Assembly (NCBI GenBank): GCA_051294375.1 | Contig: CM119268.1 | Location: forward strand, 15,749,103-15,813,102 | DNA length: 64,000 nt | Direction: 5' to 3' | Source of the DNA: Paraspadella gotoi | Lineage: Eukaryota > Animalia > Chaetognatha | Part shown: positions 1-11,000 of the stretch, piece by piece | How positions within the stretch are numbered: the stretch's first letter is position 1 | How the letters are laid out: each line of letters opens with the position of its first letter | Position numbers and translations under genes: made by a program | Notes under the pieces: generated by a model | Database searches by the model: none | The model's input: only the letters and a program-made list of their open reading frames with translations | What the model was told of the DNA's origin: nothing

Positions 1-2301
1 AAGCTTATTCGCTGATGATAGGCTGACATAGGTTCACGCGTACTGAAAGTCAACAAGCGAAAAGTGAACCATTCTCCTCCTGAAAAGAATCCAATTCTGA
101 TAAACATTTTCAAACCTGTAGAGATCGTCAGTCTCTTTAGACTGGACAAATCCGCGTTCGTGATCGATGGTGGCTTCAATGACGCCATCTCGAATCGCTT
201 TGGCGACGATGAACTCGGCGTCTTCAGCGGAATCCAGGGACAACTTTTGGGCCACGTCCGCCAAGGAAATTCGTGAGTACGAAAAGTTAATCTTACGAAC
301 CCCTGGGTAAAAAAATGGAGTGCTGTGTCATAGAAGTTATAGAAGAGAAATTTATAAATTTTTTTTACCAGTCTTAATGACGTTGTGCCTGAGCCGGGTG
401 ATTAGAAGATAGTTGCCCTCTTTCTGAAAACGCGCCGAGTATTTGTCAAGGACTTCATTGAACTGTTTAAGACTACCCGCGCGAACAGCCTGTAAATAGG
501 GTTGTTTTTTTATTTCAATGAATGAAAAATTTATCTATTGTCTAATGATTTTCATTCAAAGAAGATATGAAAATCTTGCAATCATAAATTACCTGCGTTA
601 GTTGAAAGTAGGGTTCCAGAGATTTCCGCAATTGCGCCTGACGAAAAGTACTTCTGTCAGGAATGTCGCCTAGCAAAAGCTCCACAACAATAGCCAGCTT
701 TTGAACGCACTGACGGAAACCGAGCGCGGACACCTTCATTTATATATAAAATTTTAACGAAAAATTATGTTAAGTAAAGGAATTCTGAAGAAAGTTTCCT
801 AAACAAAATTTTTCAGTTAAACGTTTCACCTGTGGAGCCTTCCGAAGGGATTGGACCAACGATTTGTACGATTCCGAATATTCTAACTGAAGCGCCTTTA
901 TTCTACCAGTATAATAAAGGAATCTCGCCATTTCGTTATTATTAGCAGTTGTAGGGAATGTTGATTTTTTAACCAGCTTGTCGGCCTGCAATCATGTTTA
1001 ATAAAATTATTGGCATTCCTGGAGATCAATACGCTCTGGAGGCCTATGGGAAAACGAAAACTTTGAGCAGCAGTGTAGATATCTTGATACTTACTTGGTC
1101 GAACAAAGAATAGTGGGTGTAATTTCTCAGCAAAAGATTAGTCAGACACGCAGTTCCTTCGTCATCATGTCGAAGCGTTGATGTGCGAAGTCGAGCGTGC
1201 AAAAACCCACGAATCTGCTCCAAATTGTGGGTCACTTCGTACGCTCTGTTTAAAAAATATAATTGTTTAAGACAGAACACTCCAAACAAAAATGACGCGC
1301 CCCGAGGCAAGGAAGATTGTTTTTTCAGACAAAACTAATTCAATTTTTAATATTCCATCTGATGCTCATTCAATATACCTAAGTATTTGCACGTTTAAAC
1401 CTTTCACAAAATAAAATTAGACTACTGGTTAAGAACCTCGAATAGTAGAAATAGCACTTCGCGGCCAAAATGTCCAGCGTCCTTCGATTCAAATCGAGAA
1501 TCTTTTGCATAAGGCGCTCAGCGCACTTGACAGCCTCGTCGTTACGTTTGTTGTCCAAAAGATAAATGAGAACAAGAAGCTGAATGTAAACCTCTATCTC
1601 CGGGATAGCCACAGACTTTTTGGCTGAAAAATAAATAGTTATATTATTTATATTAATAAATGGCTCGCGCATACTAATTAATACCAAGTAGAAAATCAGA
1701 TGCTCACCACTTTTTTTGACAATGGCCTCTTCATTTTCGATTTCAGGAGTGCCAAGATAAGCAAGGTACTCTTCCTTTTCCGGATTAGATGGTTGTGACG
1801 AGTAAATGCTCATCAGCAGCTTACGCAAAATTTTAGCGCTAATATTTTTACGTATCTGAGCTAACGCACGGACGGCCCGGACCATAAATCTGAAGGGGAA
1901 AAAGTTGTATTAACCCAATTAATATGTGCTTTTACCAATTTTTCATACAAAATTTAAATCTAAATTTTCGGATATCTTTCAATAAGAGATTTCAAAAAAA
2001 AATTTGTTCACAATTAATCTCAGTTGAAATGTCGGTAATCGTCAAAGGTTAAGGTTTGACCTTGGTTCTTTTAATGAAACAGTTTTTTCGATGTATCTAA
2101 GTTGTTCTTTAACATCTTCGAAAGTGAGCAAATCCGGATCCTTGACAGGTTCCTAAGGAAGGGGGAAAAATATCTTAGCTATCAATCTATAATAGTTGAT
2201 CATTGATCATTCATAATAAATGATAAAATCACCTCTTTAGTGTTCTCAATAGTGTCTCCACTAACATCCTTCATTTCCGTATCAGTCTTTTCCACAACCA
2301 T
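1..2301 (-). CDS. PSMD3: 26S proteasome non-ATPase regulatory subunit 3 (Rpn3), 10 exons visible, 3' end runs off the window
   Basis: Exons 2301-2233, 2152-2061, 1889-1708, 1623-1437, 1245-1095, 985-830, 733-593, 489-369, 302-116, 42-<1, all GT-AG. Peptides [96 protein letters not shown] and YSTREP are characteristic of Rpn3. Confidence 0.97.
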
Positions 2302-2559
2302 TTTTGAAACAATATTTATAATAAGGTGGGAATGAAATTATTTTTCTGCCAAGAAAAAAATAAAAACAAACCGGGAGAAATCAGTGAGAAAGGGCGACGG
2401 GCGAGGGGGTTACGACGCTGAAAGTTATTGTGATATATAATACTAAGTTAATTTTTAATCGTTGGAAGTACTTAAGAAAAAACGACGAGAAAATCGCGAA
2501 AACAGACGCTTGCATAAGGGAAAAAGTAAATAAAATAAACATGAAAAAAATAAAACCGT

Positions 2560-3267
2560 GCGGTAAATTTTGCTGACACATGGTTCATTGTTTATTTTGG
2601 AATGACGTTTCGATCTCTGATTCGCTGAAGAGAGACATTCAGACAAACCTCCCTAAAATCCTATTTTTCTATTGGCTGAAGAAATCTTCGACTAGCACCA
2701 ACTTTTTCTTGATTCGCAATTTCTGACGTCAAGACGACGATTCTCATCATCAAGGAACCGATTGGTTCAAAGGGAATCTTAATTATACGCACATCCGGAA
2801 AATGTTGAGAGGAACATTTGGAGTAAAATTTATCGATTTTTAAAGCCACGTCAACATATATCTAATTAAAAAAAAAACCAAAAAACAAAAAAACAAAAAA
2901 ACAAAAAAACCAGAAAATTGTAGTTTCCCATCACGGGATAAAGTTTTTTTCCTGAACAATTGACAATACAATTGATCATACTTTTTTTACACGCATTGGT
3001 CATCTTTTCAGAAAAACGATATTAGCATTTACTTCATTAATTAACAAAAACATAAAACTACGCCTTTATAGTGACGATGTATTAGGCTACCATTTGAATT
3101 TGACAAAAACTATGCTAAATTGGATTCGGTTTGCACATATGTTAGGGCACCAAAGTTTAAAAATTCAGATGGGAAGTAAACACTGTGACATTGTGGACAA
3201 TCAGTAAACTATTCTACTGCCGAACTAAACGTCGTGAAACTCATTCTGACCTTCATCACGAGAAAAC
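2560..3267. promoter_or_regulatory. Divergent (head-to-head) promoter region between PSMD3 and ERO1
   Basis: Start codons are ~1 kb apart and point away from each other. Inverted CCAAT boxes (ATTGG at 2671 and 2761), a perfect CRE/ATF palindrome TGACGTCA at 2724-2731 and a DRE-like TATCGAT at ~2832. TSS positions are not visible. Confidence 0.5.
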
Positions 3268-6200
3268 ATGACGTCAAATATAATTATTACTACGATATAT
3301 TTCTTGGCATTGTGTTCCTGGGGATGTCCTTATTTTGGACCAAACAAAACGCCAACTTCAAAACAAGCATCCCACAGTGGTGAAACCTGTTTTTGCATGG
3401 TAAGAATAAACTGGATGGAAATTAAAGTGTAATTAAATTTGACCATAGACGTTTATAGATCTTATCCGAGTTCCCTAACCCGTCCAACCCTTAACATACA
3501 AAATTTGTCTTTTTTTTTTTTTTTTTACTTCTCGCGATAAACTGTTAAGGCTGACTGTGCAGGAGTAAGTTTCTCCTTGCTAGCACCTACCTCAAATTTT
3601 GCAACGAAGCTGTTGCAGAACGCTCTCGACGCTCGTCTCAGTTTCATATCGATTTTTAAAATTCCATATAAAGTAACAGAGCGCTTTAAATATTTGGAAG
3701 TTTGGGATTTCGATTAAAAAACTATGGAAATCTCCAATGCTTATATATTCCTATTTTCATTGTTTTTACGGTTGCAGTTACGAGGGAACGTGGACGATTG
3801 TTCGTGCAAGATCGAGACGATAGATGGTTTTAACTCCGTATTAATTCAACCAAAGTTGGCTAATTTACTCAAATACAGTTACTTTCGATATTTCAAGGTC
3901 CGAAACTTAATTTGAAACCTTAATTTTAGGAATTGAACAACCGCTTAATTGCGCCTAATATTTCCAGGTAAATATGCGCAAAGATTGTCCATTTTGGAAT
4001 GACGACGGTCGTTGCGCCTTGAAGGATTGCGCTGTGCAAGAGTGTGGGGAAAATGACCTTCCAGTCGGATTAAAAGGTATATCTTGTCGAAATTTGTTGA
4101 AAAAAGCCCTTCTGATTAGTTTTCCCAATTCAATAGTTCCTAATCAATTGTAGGACGAATTCGATCCGAATCTAAAAGCTGGCGGGGGGAAAGTGCGAAC
4201 GCTGGCGCACCAATAGATAAAATGGGCGTGACGCCGAGCTGCAAAGAAGAGCGGAACCTGAGCGCCGTCGACGCTTCTCTCACCGCAGAGAACGAGAAGA
4301 GCTTCGAGGCTTGGAAGATGCATGACGATCGTCGAAACAATTTCTGCGAGTTGGACGGTATGTTTCATCGGATCGATTTTTTAAAAAGACTACGTAAATT
4401 CGTTTTAATGTTAGTCAATTTCGATTCTTGCATAATATGCATGTACCATGTACAGACGAACATTCCGATGATCTCCAGTACGTTGATTTGCTAAAGAATC
4501 CGGAACGTTTCACGGGCTACTCTGGTCCATCAGCTCACAGAGTTTGGAATTCAATATACCAAGAAAATTGTTTTAAGTAGGTTGTTGAAAAAATTTCCTT
4601 TTCACAAATCTGTTTTAATGGGGTTTCAATTTTTACAGAGACGAGCAAAGTTCGTATCAACAACTGCTCACTCAAGGCGTGCAAGGTGAGAAAAATTTGA
4701 CTACCTGAAATACTGTGCGGAATTTAAAAAAAATTTAAGACTTAAACATTTTACTTTTCTTGGAATTTAAAAACGCTAATTCCAGGATCTCCAGACGAAG
4801 GTATATTTAATTAAAGGTTTATTAACCAATTTGGTTTTGTTTGCCGTTTATTTAGCTGTTTTTAGTATCAATTTGAAATGATAAAAACATTGTTTCATCA
4901 TTTCTCTACCACTTCTATCACTTTTCTATATGCATGAACACCGAGGAGACCGTAACCATGGTTACGTCGCTCTTTGGCGTAAAAACTCTTTAACAAATAC
5001 TAATAACATATATTTTATTGCAGCCCCCTAACAGTTACAATATCAATCGTGTCTAAAACATAATTTTCGGGAGTATATGAACGTAAGAAAAATTTAAAGT
5101 ATAAAAACGTAGAACATAAACTAATTTAATGTGTGCTTATTCCCGAAAATTAAATACAATTTAACCCTGTTTATATAACGTGGTTGTTTGCATTTGCATT
5201 AATTAGTCCAGTCTAACTTGTCAAAGAGATTTTATTTTATTTCTTAATTTCAGGATTGTGTCTGGAAAAGCGGGTTTACTACCGTCTTCTGTCTGGCTTA
5301 CACGCTAGTATAAATGTTCATTTAAGCGCGCAATATCTTCTTAAAGGTAGTGAAAGTTTTTCGTATTCACTAAAAATATTGAATAGTGAATCAGTGATGC
5401 TTTAACAGGATCTCCGTTCGACAAATATAGCGGCATATGGGGTCCTAATGTGGCGGAATTCATGAAACGTTTCGACCCTATTTACACTAAGGGAAGGGGG
5501 CCCCAGTGGCTCAAAAATTTATACTTCTTATACCTATTAGAACTTCGCGCTTTGAAAAAGGTATATATTTAACCTCGTACTTGGCCTATGAAAACGATGA
5601 TAAAAAAATATTTTTTTACAGGCGACCCCGTATCTCATTGAACGTGAAAAATTCTTCACGGGAAATCAAACTGAAGACAAGGAGGTGAAGCGTTTCGTCG
5701 AAGATATCTTGGATACTGTCAGCGAATTCGAGGGACACTTCGATGAATCATCCATGTTTTCAAATGCCGTAGAGGGTCTCGCTTTGAAAGATGAATTTCG
5801 CCTAAAATTTCGTAACATTTCGCGAATCATGGATTGTGTAGGTTGTGACAAGTGCAAACTCTGGGGAAAGTTACAAATCACAGGTATTTCTGGGTTATTA
5901 TATAAATATACGATTATGGTGGATCTAAATCACCAACCGTTCATCAGCGGCCATTGGTGCCGGAGGCAAGTCATTCGCCTCCAACCCAAAGGTCCGGGGT
6001 TTTAGCCCGGTGGTCGTCTGGCAGTTAAGAGGAACGGGGCGCTTAACCCGCCTGTAACATGGTGTTACAGCCTGATCCGAAGCTCAGGGACTGCTTATAT
6101 TGAACGGTTCTGTCATTAACACTTATCAATAATTACTGTCTCTTCATTGGTGAGCCCGACTTCGAACACAACAGCAACAAACACTCTTTCAGGCGACATG

Positions 6201-6826
6201 CCTTAACCTGGCGATGCACTTTCCGCCCACAACACATCAGGCGACATGCCTCAACTTGATGACGAACTTTCCACCAACAACACAATTCACTGAAGAGACG
6301 CAGAGATTTCTTATGGGAGGGGGGATGTATGGTGGACTAAAATCCACCAACCGTTCATCAGTGGCCATTGGTGCCAGAGGCAAGTCATTCGCCTCCCAAT
6401 CCAAAGGTCCGGGGTTCTAGCCCGGTGTCGTCTGGCAGTTAAGAGGGACGGGGCGCTTAACCGCCTGTAACATGATGTTACAGCTGATCCAAAGCTCAGG
6501 GACTGCTTATATGAACGGTTCTGTCATTAACACTTATCAATAATTACTGTCTCTTCACGATATAGTTATTATATACAATATACATGTATTTTTCAAAAAA
6601 TAAGAGATTGAGATTTTTCTTTCCCATTCCTACAGGACTTGGCACCGCGTTAAAAATACTTTTTCCTCCCGACGAAGCGTTTCAGTCATCGGAATCCTTC
6701 GTGAGTTCGCCTTCATTCCACCTTCAGAGAAGCGAGATAGTCGCACTCTTTAACGCCTTCGGTCGGGTCTCCAGCAGTATAGAGTACGTTCACATGTTCA
6801 AAGATTTACTAGGTTCGGGCGGGTGA
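3268..6826 (+). CDS. ERO1: ER oxidoreductin 1 (ERO1-like), 10 exons, ~476 aa
   Basis: Exons 3268-3399, 3778-3897, 3968-4076, 4154-4357, 4456-4576, 4639-4685, 5254-5346, 5409-5560, 5622-5883, 6636-6826 (sum 1431 nt, in frame). Signal peptide; CFC..G.VDDCSC; [15 protein letters not shown] shuttle-cysteine region; [14 protein letters not shown]; [19 protein letters not shown]; [23 protein letters not shown] (CxxCxxC active site). Confidence 0.97.
5947..6017 (+). ncRNA. tRNA-derived (pseudo-tRNA) Pol III cassette in the 5' LTR
   Basis: GCGGCCA...TGGTCGT acceptor-like stem, A-box-like TGGTGCCGGAGG, T-arm CCGGG-GTTTTAG-CCCGG with degenerate B-box. Anticodon stem pairs poorly, so not a functional tRNA. 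Confidence 0.6.
6361..6431 (+). ncRNA. tRNA-derived (pseudo-tRNA) Pol III cassette in the 3' LTR
   Basis: Second copy: A-box-like TGGTGCCAGAGG and B-box-like GGTTCTAGCCC (6413-6423) at tRNA-like spacing. Confidence 0.62.
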
Positions 6827-8020
6827 CGGGCTTCATGGTTTTCGTTTTATCATAGAATATCAGTTTATCACATTCCAGATTTATCCGATTTTACATCCAT
6901 TTATTACCGCTAATTAATTATATTAAACAACAATTAAGGTTTAAGATTAAACACCGGTATTGCTATTGTACAACTTTCGAAAAAATCCGGTCGTTGGCAG
7001 TTATATTTATAATTAATAAGAATGAGTTTTTTCCTGAACAATTTTAGATAAACTTGAAAAATGACTAAAATTTACTGAAATTTTAGTGACCAAAATGACA
7101 GTACGAGTAGTGGATAAATTTTTGTATTATCTAATGTTATGCTTCTGGATTTAACAGAATTTAAAGTGTTATTGGTCAGTTATTTTTCCCGTTCTGCATT
7201 TTTTTATCTCTTAAAGAATCTCTTATTCTTTATGTTCTAGTCAATTTGAAGACAATAACAATTGTTTAAATTCAAGATTCAAACCGCTTTTCTTTGATCT
7301 CACTAATTTTGATACTGTTTAAACCCTATTAAAGAAAATTATCTAGCTATTATTATTACCTAATGCTCAATTTATTTTTGGGATTTAAAAAAAAAAGTAG
7401 GCTTATAGTTACATACATTTTCAATAAAGTTATGATCTACAAATGGCTAGCTGGAAAACAAATTTGAGACTGTTACTGTAAAGGGCAAAACATTCTATTA
7501 GTATTAAATAAATTAACAAGGTATTATCACGGCAGAGCAAGTTGAATTAAAAAACTTCAAACATTCAAAAAATAAATTAGAAAATAAAAAACGCAGTGAA
7601 ATTATGCTTTTAAAGCTAAAAGCAGGTTGATAATGGTTTCGCGAGAGAGACATGAGAAGCCGACCGCTTAACGTGCGCGCTCGCGTGATAGAAATCGTTA
7701 ACGAATACGTAAACTATAATATCGCTATTTCTTGGTAAACAATAATCGAGAATAATTTTTATTTTGACACTTTAGCGCCGTAATTTTAGGCTAGCGATAA
7801 TGACGGGGCTTTATTTTTAGGTTTACTCTTTGCCAAGATATTAAGTGTAAGAGTGCAAGAGAATTGGCTAATCATAAGTATAATCTCGGGCCATTGGGGA
7901 AACTTATTTGAAAAGTTTTTCAAAATCTTATTAACATGTTGCGAATCCAAAATTCGCCTCCGTATAGCTTGGTTAAACTCAGCTCGTCCCGTTCGCTTGG
8001 ACAGCGTTCACCAACCTGGT

Positions 8021-11000
8021 TCAATCCGGCTGTCTACTACGCCGGCCTCTCTGCTGACTCCTCGTGGGTGGGGGTGGAATACCGCCCGATCTTGCCGCCT
8101 CGCGCGCCATCAGTCGGTTTCCGTCGTTAAGAACGAGTTCCTCCAGCCTTTCGCGCGTCAGTACAAGCGGCGGGAGTCTCCCTTGGCGCCTTATCATTTG
8201 CATGTGCCGTCGATTATTTGGGTTGAGTCCCGGGTAAGGGTTAAAGATGTCAGGTTCGCCGTCGGCGTCGAACCCCTCTAAAGCGGGCGCCATGAGAGAG
8301 GGCGGGGGTTGGTGTTCCATGCGAACGTCAAGGGCGGGACGATGAGTCTGATTGGGAGCTGGCGCACCCAGATCGATCTCGGCCTGATTGTCCAACGCGT
8401 CGAGCTGCGCCTCCAGTTCGCGCTTGGCAATGTCCTCGCTGACAGCCGAGGGACGACGTTCAGTCGTCTCGTGGAGCGCCTCCCCGCCCGGCTCTTCCTC
8501 CGGAGTAACTTTGGAACTAGCGCCCCGCAACGAGTGATTGCCGGAGGAGGTGGTGCTAACTATTTCTCCATCCCCACTGACGCTGCTACCGTCGCGATAG
8601 CGTTCCCAGTCGTCACTAAGGTTGACGAAGATTGCTGCCCAATATAGGCTCCAAAACCAACCGGCAAGGAAGATGAAAGTTGTGATGAGTTGAAGAAAAG
8701 AAACCCACATGTTAATAGTGACGCAGACGAGTCGTGAGCCGCCGGGAAGTCGAACGCGCGAAATGCAAAGGGTGGTCCATCCGGAGAGGAAGGTCCCTGG
8801 GCCAAAAATAACGAGTTTTTGAAGCAAAAAGGAGGAAAAAATGAAAGTATAATAGTTTTGGGTCAGCTTTTAATCAGCCGCGACATCCCATAGCCAATTG
8901 CTGCAACTCGACAATATTATTTTTGGCAATTTATCATTGTTTGCTCTTTTGTTTTCTATTTATTATATACTATCTTCAATTCTATTCCAAGTATCCTTTT
9001 TTTTTCTGGAACGAGAATTTAATAGGTTCGCGAGAATTAGAGAAAAAACAAGGATCTAGGTAAATAGTAACATAATAATAGATAATAAATTTTTAAAATG
9101 GGTACAGCATTAAACATATATTCCAGTATATTTATTATGTATTTTAAAATGTATCTTTTATAAAACTGTATAGTATTGCTCATCTAAAAAAATTTTATTC
9201 ATACTTTTACATACAGAGTAATATTATAAACATATAGATGCTGTAAAAAATTTTTTTTCTTAAGTTCACACTGTAGTGGCCCCTCTGTAAGCTTATGAAA
9301 ACAATGTAGCTAATGTAGTTGGGACTCTATGTAGAAAATATCAAGTTAATGACACAATGCAATCTACTGCAGCATCAGATAAAAAAATATTTTTTTGTAT
9401 TTTTGTTACAGGGTTAAAAAACATTGCTGCAGTCTACTATAGAATACTGAGATTCCATTTCTTGACATTTATTGTAACAAAGGGCTTTATTGTTTACTTC
9501 TGAAAAAAATGAAGATTTCAGATGCAGCAACATTTTTTGGATTTTCCGGCTTGATAATATCCATATCAAATTCTTTTTTATTTTAATGCACACAATACGT
9601 TATAAAGTATAAAAGAAGAAGTGATACGGATTTTCTAAGTTTTGAATCCTTACCCTGTACCTCACACTCAACTAACGCTTCAATTATCAATACTTTACCC
9701 CGCACAAACTGACATTGACTATGCTATTCAAGCATATTCTATTTAAAATTTATTAATATTTTTTTTTCTTTAATCAACATCTCATATTTTTCTCAATTAC
9801 CTTATTACCTTTACATTTTTTTAATCCTAAATGATGGAAGTTGAAAAAATATTTCAAGTATCAAAGTATTATTAGTGCCACAGTAACTGTTCAGCTTAAG
9901 CCCTTGAAAGCGATTTACATGTATTGGCGCAGCCACTGGTTATACAGTTAACTTATTAACTTACCTAACCCCGGAACTAACAAATTGCATATGCACAAAA
10001 AGATCGCCAGCTTTCTGGGCATACAGGGAATCGAGCCTCGCCAGGAGACATTATCACAATCGCTTTCGGGGCCAGGGGAAGAGAGACCGGTCCGTCCGGG
10101 GCCCCCACCCGGAACTTTGCCTTTGAAAGGCGCCGCTTGACCGATTTCTACGATGTAACCTGGCATTACAGGCTTGATATACAACGTTGCGTATGTGCCT
10201 AAAAAAGGAAATAAATCAATAATAACGAGCTTCTCATATTCGTCCTAATATTAACCTTACCCGGGGGTGGCGTTCCAGTCGGTCTCGGCGTCATTTCCGG
10301 CGATTCCATCCTCGGGGTCCCCGGCAGCGTATAGGGAAGGGGCTCCCCCACGTAGTGCAGCGAACGCGCGTCAGGCACGTCTCGAGTGGGGGACGGCGAT
10401 GCGGCGGGAGAATCGACCCCGGAAGGTGGCCGAGAATGAGAGGGGGCGCCGTTGGCGTCGAAGCAAACTGCGCCGGGAGAAGATGGCGCCGAAAGAAAGA
10501 ATGGATTTGGGTCGCTGAGAGAGGGGTCAGTGAAGTTGAACAAAGAATGAGGTCAGGAAGCGAAATCAAATAAAAATAATAGCCTGTCCAAACTCTGTAT
10601 ATTCTATTTTATAAATGAAAAATAGTTATTTACTGCCTTAACTGTAACTTGCTTCAAAAAGAAATTATGCTTTTTGTTTGATTTTATTATATAATTTTAA
10701 ATGGAAAAATCTCTTATGAATGAATGAGAATTACAGACGTCGGAATTAAATGAATGATATTTTGATTCAGACTGTATTCCCGCAGATAGCGAAGCAAAAT
10801 TCTTTTTAAAAAATGTGATATAAATCCTTTCTTTTCGTTGTTTGGGACGATTAGAGACAGTTTGAGTTTAATTTTGACAACGATTTTATTTTTTATGCAA
10901 AACAGACATGTTTCGGATTCATTTCAAGCCTTCATCAGCGTTGTCAAAATTAAACTCAAACTGTCTCTAATTTTTAAAAATTAAAAAACCCGAAATAAAA

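Larger units (their letters stand above)
5915..6557 (+). mobile_element. Non-autonomous miniature LTR retrotransposon (TRIM) with tRNA-like sequence in its LTRs, in ERO1 intron 9
   Basis: Two 232-bp direct repeats (5915-6146, 6326-6557). The 3' copy is TG...CA; the 5' copy lacks the first TG. PBS TGGTGAGCCCGACTT at 6148-6162, PPT GGGAGGGGGGA at 6315-6325, flanking 4-bp duplication CGAT (5911-5914, 6558-6561), no coding capacity. Confidence 0.88.

Noticed and set aside
4951-4966. Palindrome CGTAACCATGGTTACG in ERO1 intron 6 and nearby inverted 15-mers (5061/5138)
   Set aside because: Likely remnant of an old MITE; ends and TSD could not be defined.
5947-6431. Two genuine tRNA genes
   Set aside because: Anticodon stem does not pair, no T-run terminator follows, and both sit inside LTRs.
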